Assembly (NCBI RefSeq): GCF_001194135.2 | Contig: NC_068983.1 | Span: 27,153,108 to 27,207,663 of the forward strand | Length of the DNA stretch: 54,556 nucleotides | Source of the DNA: Octopus bimaculoides | Taxonomy: Eukaryota | Reading direction: 5' to 3' | Shown: piece by piece, positions 1 through 12,319 of the stretch | Position numbering within the stretch: position 1 is the stretch's first letter | Layout: each line of letters starts with the position of its first letter | The notes under the pieces: model-generated | Told to the model about the DNA's origin: nothing | Seen by the model: the letters and a program-made list of their open reading frames with translations, nothing else | Database searches by the model: none | Position numbers and translations under genes: made by a program

Positions 1-117
1 AAAAGAAAGTTTGGTGCTTCACACACCTTATATACAAAATTTCCAACAAAATATGGGCAATAAAAGGTCAAATAAACGTTTACCTTCGCAGCCGATGTGA
101 CAGCACGTCCGTGAGAA

Positions 118-118
118 G

Positions 119-200
<82 letters not shown>

Positions 201-212
201 GTAGATAGATAT

Positions 213-280
<68 letters not shown>
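118..280. repeat. (GATA)n microsatellite
   Basis: Direct: about 40 atag/gata units with two interruptions; explains the LSIY-repeat ORF 80..295. Confidence 0.98.
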
Positions 281-729
281 TGAATGTCTATGCATGTAAT
301 AATGTTGTTTTGAATGGGAATTCCGATGCCCTCATACGTGATTTAAATTCATAACTGTTGTTTGAATCGACCGTGGCATTGTATGCGATCGACTCCCCCA
401 CACAGTTACCGTCCAATGGACAGTTGTCACAATTTTCTACAGTTGCATTCACTTTGTTGGCTAGCTATTCGCTGCTCTCTTCTATTCAGCTTCGCAGCAT
501 TATAATCGCTGATATAACGCCTGAGAGTCTTGCAACCTGAATAACTAATCTTAATACAGTTCCTATTCAACATTTTTCTTTAGATATGCCCTGGCAGAAG
601 TTGATCTGTATAATTATGAAATGCACTAACTATATTAGCGTGTAGTGCTAGGTAAAATACTGGGTTTTTCAATGAAATGTTTCTTTTTAATATTCGTATT
701 CATACTCAGTGCATTTCCAGTGTTTCTAG

Positions 730-1432
730 GATCACGCCTTATCAGATATCTCACAATTTCTAAGCTCCTCATTACAAACCAATTGTAGCATCTTTTTATG
801 AAGATAACGAGGATAAACGTTAACTAAATTTGTCAGCCAAGTTCCTCAGAATAAAAGATAGGTGATTCAGTTGTAATGTATGTATTTTAATTTCTCAATT
901 ACTTTGTGCTATAGTCTTGGGACTTTCATTATTCTGTCTAAAAGTTGCGTCAAGAAATTTCTAAACAATATGGTTCGTATGGACAGTAATACTAAGTCGT
1001 ATTTCCTGAAATAATTTAATGACAGTTTTTGCTAAATTATAACCCTTACAATTTCTCAATAGAATAAGGCCATTACCACTACTGTGCATTCCAGGAAATT
1101 TGATTCTAAGGAAATTCAGAATATATAACCTTATAATTTTGCTCACTTGCGCGACATTATGTGCACCTATAAACACGTCGAATAATTCGTCACCGTTTTT
1201 CTTAATCCATGTGTCGTTATCGAAAATTAGGAGTGATTTTCATGAGTTTTTAATCGCGGCAATCTCCAACTCAATAATATCAGTGATTGCTTTTGCAAAA
1301 TCTAGAGCCTTCATTAACAAAAGTTTGGTTTTGGGCGGATGAAAGCCAAGAATGTGAAACTGCGTCTATGTCCGTTTTTCTTTCTCTTTTAGTACCTTAA
1401 ACCATTCCAAACCTTCTAAAGTATTCCTCGAT
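730..1432 (-). mobile_element. Penelope-like element (PLE), degenerate reverse transcriptase fragment
   Basis: Minus-strand translation gives RNTLEGLEWF..KEKEK..QFHILGFHP..LLMKALDFAKAITDI..KSLLIFDNDTWIKKNGDELFDVFIG..GNGLILLRN..VIKLFQEIRLSITVHTN and later RLSSLSS. These match the PLE RT motifs I recall (WRNT..EWF, QFDI.DFYP, KSLLF..W.KK..FDV.MG, DDGL..L, RRLSSLSS). Stops and frameshifts are present. Confidence 0.8.
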
Positions 1433-1484
1433 ACTAATAATGATGATGATGATGACATTGATGATCATCATAATGATAATAATG

Positions 1485-1537
<53 letters not shown>
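1433..1537. repeat. (GAT)n/(AAT)n microsatellite
   Basis: Direct: gatgat grading into more than 15 aat units, at the junction between the PLE and a Dong-like fragment. Confidence 0.97.
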
Positions 1538-1760
1538 CCATACTCTGGGATATGCCAATACACACAGATAGAGAAATTAAGGCAAATAGACCAGATATAG
1601 TTGTCAAAGATCATGAAGGAAAAAATGCCTTCTAATTGATGTTTCAATACCAGCAGATGACAACGTTTCTCTAAAAGAAATGGAAAAACTTTCAAAATAC
1701 AAAGACCTGGAAATAGAGATAACTCGAATGTGGAATCTAAAAACAGAAACAATTCCTATC
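1538..1760 (+). mobile_element. R4/Dong-type non-LTR retrotransposon, restriction-like endonuclease (RLE) 3' fragment
   Basis: Translation LWDMPIHTDREIKANRPDIVVKDHEGK..LIDVSIPADDNVSLKEMEKLSKYKDLEIEITRMWNLKTETIPI matches the PD..D RLE motif (RPDIV..ID..P.D...K..KY.DL). Runs into a gap. Confidence 0.9.
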
Positions 1761-2815
1761 NNNNNNNNNNNNNNNNNNNNNNNNNNNNNNNNNNNNNNNN
1801 NNNNNNNNNNNNNNNNNNNNNNNNNNNNNNNNNNNNNNNNNNNNNNNNNNNNNNNNNNNNNNNNNNNNNNNNNNNNNNNNNNNNNNNNNNNNNNNNNNNN
1901 NNNNNNNNNNNNNNNNNNNNNNNNNNNNNNNNNNNNNNNNNNNNNNNNNNNNNNNNNNNNNNNNNNNNNNNNNNNNNNNNNNNNNNNNNNNNNNNNNNNN
2001 NNNNNNNNNNNNNNNNNNNNNNNNNNNNNNNNNNNNNNNNNNNNNNNNNNNNNNNNNNNNNNNNNNNNNNNNNNNNNNNNNNNNNNNNNNNNNNNNNNNN
2101 NNNNNNNNNNNNNNNNNNNNNNNNNNNNNNNNNNNNNNNNNNNNNNNNNNNNNNNNNNNNNNNNNNNNNNNNNNNNNNNNNNNNNNNNNNNNNNNNNNNN
2201 NNNNNNNNNNNNNNNNNNNNNNNNNNNNNNNNNNNNNNNNNNNNNNNNNNNNNNNNNNNNNNNNNNNNNNNNNNNNNNNNNNNNNNNNNNNNNNNNNNNN
2301 TATATATATATATATATATATATTGAGAGAGCGAAAGAGACAAAGAGCGGGATATACGTATACTTCTTAATACATACATATGTTTGTGTGTAAGGTGCTA
2401 TAGTTATATATGTTTGTGTGTGCGTGAGTGTGTAAGTGTGTGTGTCTGTCTGTATTATCCAAGCATGTGTATGAATGTGTGTATATATTTTAGCACTTGA
2501 ATATATATTCCTGTGAGTTTACATAAGTGAATTATGGATAAAAGGCAGCGATTTGGAGCAGATATAAGAAGGTTAGAGTACTTTGATTTCGAACTGTGTC
2601 AACATTACTTATTATCTTTCAGATGTCGACAAATATATCATGAAACTCATATACTGCTAAAACATAAAAGAAAACAAATCTTCGAAACTCGCATAAAAAA
2701 TAATACAAACTTGTGGTTATCCTTGTTTGTAACATATTTTTGCATCTTCATATTCATCTATCAATCAGTATATACATACACAGACACACATGTACACACA
2801 CATGTAAATATATAT

Positions 2816-2867
<52 letters not shown>

Positions 2868-2977
2868 GTAGTTCGAAACGTCAAAGACTTTCCGTATTCC
2901 TGAGCGTCATACTAATATATACTTTTGTTATTTACACCACCTGTCCTCGTCTGTTGATATTATTTGTATATTCTCCC

Positions 2978-2980
<3 letters not shown>
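2868..2980 (+). repeat. Interspersed repeat, probable PLE terminal (pseudo-LTR) fragment, copy 1
   Basis: Direct near-identity to 40906-41025 and 54520-54556 (cgaaacgtcaaagactttccgtattcc.gagcgtcatactaat), flanked by (TA)n. PLE assignment is inference. Confidence 0.7.
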
Positions 2981-3016
<36 letters not shown>

Positions 3017-3034
3017 AGTGTGTGTGTGTGTATG

Positions 3035-3082
<48 letters not shown>

Positions 3083-3339
3083 GGAGAATATGTGAAATCT
3101 TTTGTACAGTTAGGTATATTTGAAAAAAGAGATGAACGACTTTAATGGTAGTCCTAATCAATTTACTTTTGTAATTATATCATATAATTTTACAGTTTGG
3201 CGTTTAGATCTTGTAAGGTCTTTGTTACATTTGGAGGGGAGATATTATAAAGAATCCTTGTTAACCTTTCTGGAGAATGTTCTCGCATTCGTTGGTGGCG
3301 GTTGTCAAACCGATCTCAGGTTGTGTTGTGGTTTGTATC

Positions 3340-4235
3340 ATACGTTGTATTTATCTCTTGGTAAACAATATTCTTTGTTTTCCGTTTTGGAACAAATGCA
3401 AATATATTTTTTTGGGCTTCCCAACGTAGAGCAACCAACTTATAATTGCCGATGGAGAAGCATGACTCTTCCAAGTGAAATCCTATCAGAGACAGTGTTC
3501 GACCCTGAGTTTTATTGATAGACATTGCAAAGCAGATAGGAATAAGAAATTAAACTCTTCTGAATGAAAAAGAAATTTCTGCTCCCGATGGATGAGAGGA
3601 ACCCTAGGTTTGAAGACACTCTCTCCTTTTCTACACCCAGAGAGAATGGTGGCTTTAAGAACATGTGGCATCATCATCTTTATCAGTAGGTGTTTCCTAT
3701 TGCAGTGTGTTCAAAGCATCTATATTTTATTAAAAGATAAATGTACCACCAGGAGCATTCAAAAAGGAAACTCCCTCTCTTTGATGTTTGACGCATCATT
3801 GATTGTATTACATTCATACCTTTGCAATTGTGAAGGTTTAGGCTTATTTTCTGTGACAAACTGTGCCAGAGCATCTTAAGTATAGAAAAATTCTCCGAGA
3901 ATTTCATGGTGCAAAATTTGTTTCTCTCTGTTGGTTGATGGCAATCAATACTCATTTAGATTTTTCCCTCCCAAATAGTAGAGTTGATTCTCAAGCAGTA
4001 TCAAAGTCTCATTGAGAACAGAGTCACTTAATTGAAGGTCAAGTTTTTAATTTTCCCGTTAAGCATGATTGAGAAATTCCTCACTTATGATTCCTCACTT
4101 GTGATTCTCCCGTAGCTGTTTAGGATTGGACAGGTCAAATGTGTGAAGCTTTATTGAAAATAAATTCCTGAGCTGAGTGGGTGAACTTGAAATGGCAGCT
4201 TCAAGATCTCCCACCACTTCCCCTCCCAAACCAAT
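3340..4235 (-). mobile_element. Helitron Rep/helicase (PIF1-like) remnant, internally deleted
   Basis: Minus-strand DLEAAISSSPTQLRNLFSIKL..SNP (EAA...P.QLR.LF motif), FLNAPG, MPHVLKATILSGCRKGESVFKPRVPLI, MSINKTQGRTL..GFHLEESCFS..KTKNIVYQE. These follow the order of the Helitron helicase C-terminus; frameshifted. Confidence 0.88.
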
Positions 4236-5199
4236 AGAACAAATACATTTCTATCAATAAACGTTCCAAAACTAGCCTTATATTTTCTCTGTCTGCTATC
4301 ACCTTCCTTTTATCAGAAGACATGTATCTTACTCTTCATTATATTATTAGAATAGTAAATTGATTAGCACTATCAGTGAAGTCATTCTTTTCCATTTTCA
4401 AATAATTATATTATATATATATAAATATATATACATATATATATATATATATTCGAAGCCTTCCGCTATTAGCTAGCTTGCGCTTACATGATGCGACAAC
4501 AATACTTTGTTGAAAAGAAGCGGCAATCTTAGACACAAGTAGAATGCGTGATCTCAGGTTAGACATGTGCAACAACGCCACGTTTCAAGTACTCATCAGC
4601 AAGACACCAGCAATGTGTAGGTGAGTGGCTACATGAATTCTGAAAACTTTCAGAATAAGATATCGGGAAGCTTTCCTGGTTCTATGGAGGTTTCTTTGTA
4701 CTGACCACGCTGCATCACTGATCACAATGTGAGTCACCCCACGGTGTCTGATTATATGTGGAACTCGACGCACTTCAGCAGTGGTACACCAGGAAGATTG
4801 CATGAATAAAACAGCTGAACTACTAGGAGTGACTAAAAGAGATTTGACTCTACTCTCTGAAGTGCAGACGGAAGAAGTGTGCAGTGATATACGTATATAA
4901 TTTTCTGGAGTGGTGGGCTATGAACTGTGTCGTAAAAAATTATAGTAACCCCAGAAATGGACATCACTGCACTCTTACGTGATGAACACATACATCACGT
5001 CAAGAAACTGAAAACAGTGCAGCAATGTTAGACTCTCTCTATATATAAATGGGTATACATATAAGTATATGTATTTGGGTGTGTTTGTGTATAAGCATGT
5101 GTGTGCATAAGAAAAAGCTATGCTTTACATGCAAATACACCTTACGTTCTCCAAAGCCTGAAGAAATTTCCCTTCACACCGGAGTAGAGTATCGTTAGA

Positions 5200-5480
5200 A
5201 CCTAAGGTGTATTTCATAGGAAAACCGTCATACGAGTCTTTGGAAAGGAGATATTAGTAACGGCCGTATTGAATATGGGGAAAATTGTTTTATATCTGAA
5301 GCATATTGGGTGAACATATTCCAACGGTTTGATATTCTAAATAAAGAGTGTCTTCCAAACGTGCAGGCAATATTTTCATTTTAAATAGATTTTATCTCAA
5401 TATGTTTGGATTAATTCCTCATATTCAAGCGTATGTCAGTGCAGTATTTGATGCTATACAACGGTATCAATCGATTATAT
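5200..5480 (-). mobile_element. Possible highly degenerate PLE RT fragment
   Basis: Weak resemblance only (ALTYA..; TLLF..; SYDG) to the same RT region as 730-1432. Confidence 0.3.
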
Positions 5481-6134
5481 TTTTGATAACATATTAATAT
5501 TAATGTTAATTAATTAATTGTAAAATATTAAAAATACAAGGTATTAAATATATTAAAATTTGGCGGATTAAAACCAAATTTATTGTAATTAACACTTTGA
5601 TTTCAATTAATTACCTTTAATCATGGAACTTTACAGCAAATTTTGTCAATATTTGTTGAATTAATACTGTTGTTATGGAAATAAAATAACTATATGATTT
5701 CGTGTTGATTGCTAATCAACTGAAAATTCCTACAGCAGGAGATGCAACTTATTTTCGGAAATAAATTACAGCATAACTATTTTCATAATAAACACATCCA
5801 CATATAAATTTTATAGAAAGCCACATCACCAACTGATACGCCATCAATTAGCTGTTGGTTTTCTTCAGGTGTTGTTACATCATATTCTGTGTGTATATGC
5901 GTAAGGATTTATGCATAAACGAAATTTAGGTTAGTTAAAATACGTTTGTGGCAAAATTTAACTTCTAAAAGCAAATTCATTTCAGTCTCCGTTGAGGAAA
6001 ATTTCTCGATTATGGTAAAAGGTGTTTCTGGCTCCTTAGCCTGTCGCAGTAGAAGATGCTAGAGAGTCAACCATGGACAGATTCTAAAACAGTAGCTTTA
6101 TCTTAGAACAGTCAATACAAATGAGATATGTACA

Positions 6135-7340
6135 TATGGTGATGGAATTTGGGGATTAAGAAGTGTAGTGTGCTTATCATAAAAATGTAGTCATCTGATG
6201 GTGTAGAGCTTCAAAATAGCGAGATAATTAATGATGTTTGGATGCATGGATACTGTTATCTGAGTATTTTGGAGTATGAGAAAATCAGGAGAGTGAGATA
6301 AAAGAAAGCATTAGGCAACAATACCTCAGGAGTGGTATACTTAATGGAAAGAACAAGATCAGGACAATGAATATATAGACTGGTTCCTTAATGTGATAAG
6401 GCCAGGTGTTAAATTAAGTGAAATCGAGTTTTAAGAAATGGATAGAAAAATCGGGAAAATTATGACAAGTATGACAAGTAATAAGGAAGTGCACTCTAAG
6501 AGTGATGTCGATAAATTGTATTTATCTAGAAACGAGGAAGGAAAAGGTCTTATTGGATGCAAGACCCATGTTGACAATGAGAGAGAAAGTCTGTGAAAAT
6601 AAGGTGAAGCTTTGGTTTTTGTCAGAAATAGAAACACAATACCTGGTGAAAAGGTGACACACCCAAAGGTATTTAAGAAAGAAGACAGAGTGAAAAGACA
6701 GAAGTGAAAACTGGAAGCGATGTATGGGCAATACCTCTTAAGAAAATGTAGGGGTAAAACAAAACAAATACCTGGAAGTGACTAAGGAGAAGCGATCTGA
6801 AGGAATGCAACGAGGCATTGATATACAGCACTCAGGAACAAGCTCTCTGAAATAACAAGACCTAGTTCAAAATTGATAAGAGTAGTGAATTGCCGCATTG
6901 TATGGAGACATCAAAAATGAAAGTCTCAGATATTGTGAGTAAGTGTAGCAAATTAGCTCAAAAGGAATACAAAAAAGAATGCATTATAACGTAGCTAGCT
7001 ACATCCATTGGAGATTGTGTGAGAGAATTACGGTTTTGAAAGGACAATGAAATGGTATAAGGATAAGACGGAGGGTTCCAAAGAGAATAATGAGAATAAG
7101 ATCTTGTGGAATTTTACAATCCCGTATGATTCAGTGATTGATGCTCTGAGACGAAATATTGTTGTAGTAGAAGAAAACAAAGACAATAAATAATCTAATA
7201 CTTCATGATGTACCAGAGGGTGATAAAGAAATGGAAAAGATTGAGTAGTATAATTCATCAAAAGACGAGATTGCACGAATGCGGGCAATGAAGAAAGTAA
7301 CTGAGATCCCAAAAGTTGTAGAGGCGCTGCGAGTATTTAC
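6135..7340 (+). mobile_element. R4/Dong-type non-LTR retrotransposon, degenerate RT C-terminus to RLE
   Basis: MEF/GIKKCSVL..DGVELQN..YLSILEYEKI..LNGKNKI..HSKSDVDKLYLSRNEEGKGLIG..HYNVASYIHWRLC..ENNENKILWNFTIPYD..IVVVEEN..EKIE.Y; many stops and frameshifts. Confidence 0.88.
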
Positions 7341-7344
7341 AAAC

Positions 7345-7835
7345 GATGGTCTACAGCAAATATTCTGCTCCACCGCAAATTTGCCTGTCAGTTGCTTGAC
7401 CTCAACCTTTTGAGCATGTCTTTTAGTTGCAGGTTACGTGTGCATTTCTGATCACGAGGAGAATTACTGGTTGAGCATCAATGAGAATAATACTTTGGGG
7501 ATTATTTATATTAAATATAGAACTGCAATACTTTGGGGTTTGAATAATTCAGCTCTGGAAACATCCTTAAACAACACTTATTCAGGGACGGGATGAGCTA
7601 CTCAGCCTGAAAAACATTTTAACTGGTCCCCACCTGCATTGTTTATCATTATATGAGATCACCATGTTGCGCACATATGGTTGTGATATATGTGCCTGGT
7701 ATCCCCTTATCAGACGAGTATATGAGATCACCATGGTGCGCACACATGATCGTGATGCATGTGCCTGGTGTACCGGGTAGTCATGATGGGTATACTGGAC
7801 ATCGTATATTTTAACCCAGTGTCACTTTGATGGCA
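7345..7835. repeat. Interspersed repeat (SINE-like or LINE-3'-like) with an internal 69-bp tandem duplication at 7651-7772
   Basis: Direct: atatgagatcaccatg.tgcgcaca.atg.t.gtgat..atgtgcctggt starts at 7651 and again at 7720. Family resemblance to octopus repeats is from memory. Confidence 0.55.
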
Positions 7836-7842
7836 TGCATTG

Positions 7843-7941
7843 CTCTCTCTCTCTCTCTCTCTCTATCTCCCTCTCTCTCTCTCTCTCGCTCTCTCTCTCT
7901 CTCTCGCTCTCTCTCACTCTCTCTCTCTCTCTCTCTCTCTC

Positions 7942-7977
<36 letters not shown>
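7843..7977. repeat. (CT)n followed by (AAT)n compound microsatellite
   Basis: Direct; abuts gap 7978-8100. Confidence 0.97.
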
Positions 7978-8119
7978 NNNNNNNNNNNNNNNNNNNNNNN
8001 NNNNNNNNNNNNNNNNNNNNNNNNNNNNNNNNNNNNNNNNNNNNNNNNNNNNNNNNNNNNNNNNNNNNNNNNNNNNNNNNNNNNNNNNNNNNNNNNNNNN
8101 ATTATTATAATTATAATAA

Positions 8120-9142
8120 TTTTAAAAAATCCAGCTTAAATACCTAGGAATACTTGAAGCAGATAGAATTAAACACAGTAAAATAAAGAAAAAGACAAAA
8201 AGAGAGTACTTGTGGTAAGTGAGAAAAATATTGGCTTCAAAGCTGAATGCCAGAAACATATTTTCGGCAATAAATTCGCGCGCAGAGGCAGTGGTTCGGT
8301 ATGGCGCTGGAAACCTGAAGTGAACAGAGGAGGAGCTAAATGACTTGGACAGGGAGTCAAGAAAACTCCTAACGTTGCATGGAGCTCATCATCCACGTGC
8401 AGACACTGATTGCCTCTACATGAAGAGAGTAATTGGAGGAAGAGAACTGATAAGTGTGGTAGATTATGTATCGGACTCGAGAGCTTAATGAGATACTTAT
8501 CCCAACGTAAAGAAACCTTGCTAGTGTCACTTAGGAGCATTGAAAGCAGAGAGAAAAGAAAATGAAGGAAGAAGTACAAAAAAGACATGAAGAAATACAA
8601 AAAAGACATGAAGAAATACAGAAAGGATACGAAGAAGTACAGAAAGTACAAAAAGGACATGAAAAAGAATAACGCAACAAAGGACTAGCAAAATCCTCTG
8701 GAATTTTCCAATCTAAACAGATCAGCTGCTAGGGCATAACAGACCGGACCTGGTGGTTGTCGACAAGATGCACAACATGTGCTATATAGTTTATGTTGCA
8801 TGCTTCTTTGAACCACAAATTTTTATGAAGAAAGGCGAAAAGATAGATAAATACAACCTTCTTAAGTACGAAATAGCTTGGCTATGGAAAATGAAGAATA
8901 GGAAGATAGTGCCAATTAATGTTGGGTCCTTGGGGACAGTATCAGAAAGAATCAAGAAGAATATCAAGGAGATTGGAACAGAGTGCCCGGTAGAACAGTT
9001 ACAAATGATTTGCCTGCTTGGCACGACCAGAATAATCAGGAAATGATTAGATCGCTGAAAAAAACGGATGGCTGCAGGTAGCAAACCCGCTGCACATACA
9101 AGACTGTACGTGTTCCAACAAAACCTGTGATAAAAATAATTA
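8120..9142 (+). mobile_element. R4/Dong-type non-LTR retrotransposon, 5'-truncated, internally deleted, with 3' UTR
   Basis: KYLGILEADRIKH..RKILASKLNARNIFSAINSRA..VRYGAG..HGAHHPRADTDCLYMKRVIGGR, then directly LWNFPI.TD..HNRPDLVVVDK..KIDKYNLLKYEI..VPINVGSLG..LLGTTRIIRK. The CCHC knuckle region is missing. Followed by (GAT)n. Confidence 0.9.
8569..8661 (+). repeat. 21-bp minisatellite, about 4.5 units (aagaa.tacaaaaaagacatg)
   Basis: Direct: units start at 8569, 8590, 8611 and 8632; they encode KKYKKDM-like heptads in the element frame. Confidence 0.9.

Positions 9143-9210
<68 letters not shown>
9143..9210. repeat. (GAT)n microsatellite at the Dong 3' end
   Basis: Direct. Confidence 0.97.
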
Positions 9211-11961
9211 NNNNNNNNNNNNNNNNNNNNNNNNNNNNNNNNNNNNNNNNNNNNNNNNNNNNNNNNNNNNNNNNNNNNNNNNNNNNNNNNNNNNCGAACC
9301 CCCCCCCCCAAAAAAAAACGATCCCTTTAAATTTGAAATAGGAACAATATGGAGCTGAGAACAGTAGAGATCGTGATGATAATGATGATGATAATATTTA
9401 ACATTGACAATTTATTTATCATTTTTTGATGGTGGATTTTCCGTCGTCCTCGACGAAGAGCGTGCATTTTTTTTTTTTATTCGTAGAACGCAATTCCAGA
9501 TTGTGCAAGTAACGTTTAAATGATTAAGAAAGCCACAGATACAAGCACCCTTGATATAAGTTTTAGGTCGAATGAACACGAAACTTTAGGCAAGGGCGGA
9601 CATTGGAATTCCTGTTAGAATCGACATGAAAATGGATAGACATTATCAACCACACATTCTTAACGTATGTGGCTGATAATATTTATGTTGTGTCGACGCC
9701 CCCAAGCGAAGACGTAGGATCTCCCAAGACATATAAATAGAGGTAGTGTGGCCGTGGTAGAGTGTTGAGTTGCAGTCGAATAGCAGTTCTGCAGCGGTTG
9801 AGTAGAGATCATCCGAATGTGCTAGATAGAAATAGCTTGAGACATAACAATTTATTACACTAGCACCACGTCTATTTCATATTTTCAAATTCACACACAC
9901 ACACACGCACACAAACACACATACACAGAGAAAATGAGGGATCGAGAGAGATGGCGAAGAGAGAAAAGATTAAAACATCGATTTATTGATCTCACTGCTT
10001 CATTTACAGATCTCGTATGGATGAAATGTAATTTGGACCTTGGGAAATTTTACATTTAGAAAGGTGGAAGATATTCTACGAAGCATAATATCCTGTTCAC
10101 TAACGACGTTTTCCATTCAACAGTATCACTATTCAGTAAAGACGTTGCTAACAGCAAATAAACAACCGAAATAACAACAGATAAGAAGAAGTAGTTGAAA
10201 TTTATAAAGTGTAAATTCGAAATGAATTAAATTCATTATGCATAATAGGAGAGTTAAGAGATAAAGGAAAGGAATATATTACTGCAGAAATATGTGATAT
10301 CATGTTCCCAGGAATAATTTTTTAAACTGATATTATATTTTTTCTACCGAAAATGATTGCAAGAAATATGTTGTTATTCTGATTTTAATTATAGCACATG
10401 CTTACTTAATTGTTGGGATAATTTATACTTTTCCTCAATATTTTTTAGTCAGTTATAAATTTAAATTGCCAATTATCTGTTTAATTGATCAGAATTGCTT
10501 TTAACGTATTTTAAGTGGGAAAATGCAGTTTTTCAAAATATAATATGTTGCCATATAATTTCATTTCATGAATGAATTATACCTGCACGTGGATGGATAT
10601 TTTCACATACATAGAATGTAAAAGTACAATTACACGCAGATATGCACACACCTACATACACACGTCTGCACTCGAACACAGACACACACAAGCAGACTAT
10701 CAAGCAAATATACAAACACACCTAAAAACACACACAAGCACAAGGATCCACACGAGCACTCACAAATAGATACAAACACATCCAAAACACTCACTCACAC
10801 ACACAGACTTACATGCATAAAATAGCTGAAATAATCTTCAATGGAGCGATACCTAATGGTGCTTAGTATGCTGTTCGACCGCCAGTGAGGAAGTAATTCG
10901 GTGGATAGTTAATATTTTTCTTTTTTCCTCATGTTAACAAGCCCAAAGTCAGGAGTTTATCCGTATTTTCAAATCACTTTCGCTGAGAGTACAAGTCTTG
11001 CCCATGAATGAAACGATATTATCACACGGGATTGTCCTCCAGTTGAAAATAGTACTAAGTTTAAGCTGAATATACTCGAACAATGTGAAAAACCAAACAA
11101 TGCCAATTGATACTTACACACGGATCTAGCGGAGAACCCAAACTAATTTCTATGACCTGTCATGTCACTATCCTCTACCATCTCCTATCCTCTTTTTCAA
11201 CCTTCTGAAAATCAGTGTAAACTATGAAACTGGCTAAATCTTTGAATACAATAAAAATGTTTTAACTATTCGCATGCAATTTCAAATTCTATTTCTCCAG
11301 TTGTATAGTGTCCCACCCAAAAGGAATCGATGGTAGATATGTCGAAACAATTGTCGTGATTAATAATAAATTCTCGTATGTTCCATCTTCNNNNNNNNNN
11401 NNNNNNNNNNNNNNNNNNNNNNNNNNNNNNNNNNNNNNNNNNNNNNNNNNNNNNNNNNNNNNNNNNNNNNNNNNNNNNNNNNNNNNNNNNNNNNNNNNNN
11501 NNNNNNNNNNNNNNNNNNNNNNNNNNNNNNNNNNNNNNNNNNNNNNNNNNNNNNNNNNNNNNNNNNNNNNNNNNNNNNNNNNNNNNNNNNNNNNNNNNNN
11601 NNNNNNNNNNNNNNNNNNNNNNNNNNNNNNNNNNNNNNNNNNNNNNNNNNNNNNNNNNNNNNNNNNNNNNNNNNNNNNNNNNNNNNNNNNNNNNNNNNNN
11701 NNNNNNNNNNNNNNNNNNNNNNNNNNNNNNNNNNNNNNNNNNNNNNNNNNNNNNNNNNNNNNNNNNNNNNNNNNNNNNNNNNNNNNNNNNNNNNNNNNNN
11801 NNNNNNNNNNNNNNNNNNNNNNNNNNNNNNNNNNNNNNNNNNNNNNNNNNNNNNNNNNNNNNNNNNNNNNNNNNNNNNNNNNNNNNNNNNNNNNNNNNNN
11901 NNNNNNNNNNNNNNNNNNNNNNNNNNNNNNNNNNNNNNNNNNNNNNNNNNNNNNNNNNNNN

Positions 11962-12001
<40 letters not shown>

Positions 12002-12319
12002 GTCATTCAGTAGTCTAATTATTATCACGTGCTTTCTCAGCACTACTGAACACAACTCTGAGCTCCTTGGCTACGTGCTGTGGTGTGTTATGATGCCCTT
12101 ATTGTTACTGCATTGAAAGCGTTTTAGTTAGGATGTGTGCGGTGCCTAGTAGTGCTATTTTGTGTATGTTATATATACTTGTTAATCATGGTGTTTTTGT
12201 TATGTATTTGTCTGAATATTTTTTTATCATATTTAATGCGCCTATTATGATAGGAATAGTTTGTGATTTTAGACTCTACATTCGAGATACCTCTATTTCC
12301 AGGTCATTGTAATTTGAAA
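11962..12319 (-). mobile_element. R4/Dong-type element, short 3' fragment with (AAT)n tail
   Basis: Minus strand: SNYNDLEIEVSRM*SLKSQTIPIIIGAL..KYSDKYITKTP..IHKIALLGTAHILTKTLS, the same family as 1538-1760. Ends gcacgtgataataatt..(aat)n. Confidence 0.88.

Noticed and set aside
20-120. Minus-strand peptide [23 protein letters not shown], reminiscent of the relaxin/insulin A-chain CCHVGC
   Set aside because: The last Cys spacing is X13, not X8; upstream is pure (GATA)n with no acceptor or dibasic site. Likely chance.
4579-4599. Minus-strand CTGATGA-gtactt-GAAAC-GTG hammerhead-like motif
   Set aside because: The cleavage triplet would be GUG (H17 = G) and there is no helix I; at most a relic.
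4470-4900. Possible RTE-like LINE fragment
   Set aside because: Only a few residues of similarity; not supportable.
8169-8660. 163-aa minus-strand ORF
   Set aside because: Antisense of the Dong RT plus the 21-bp repeat.
11118-11205. Minus-strand AG..GTAAGT exon-like segment (similar ones near 13.7, 23.2 and 31.4 kb)
   Set aside because: Stops in all frames or too short to assess. Such splice motifs occur by chance every few kb in AT-rich DNA. A lncRNA cannot be excluded without RNA-seq.
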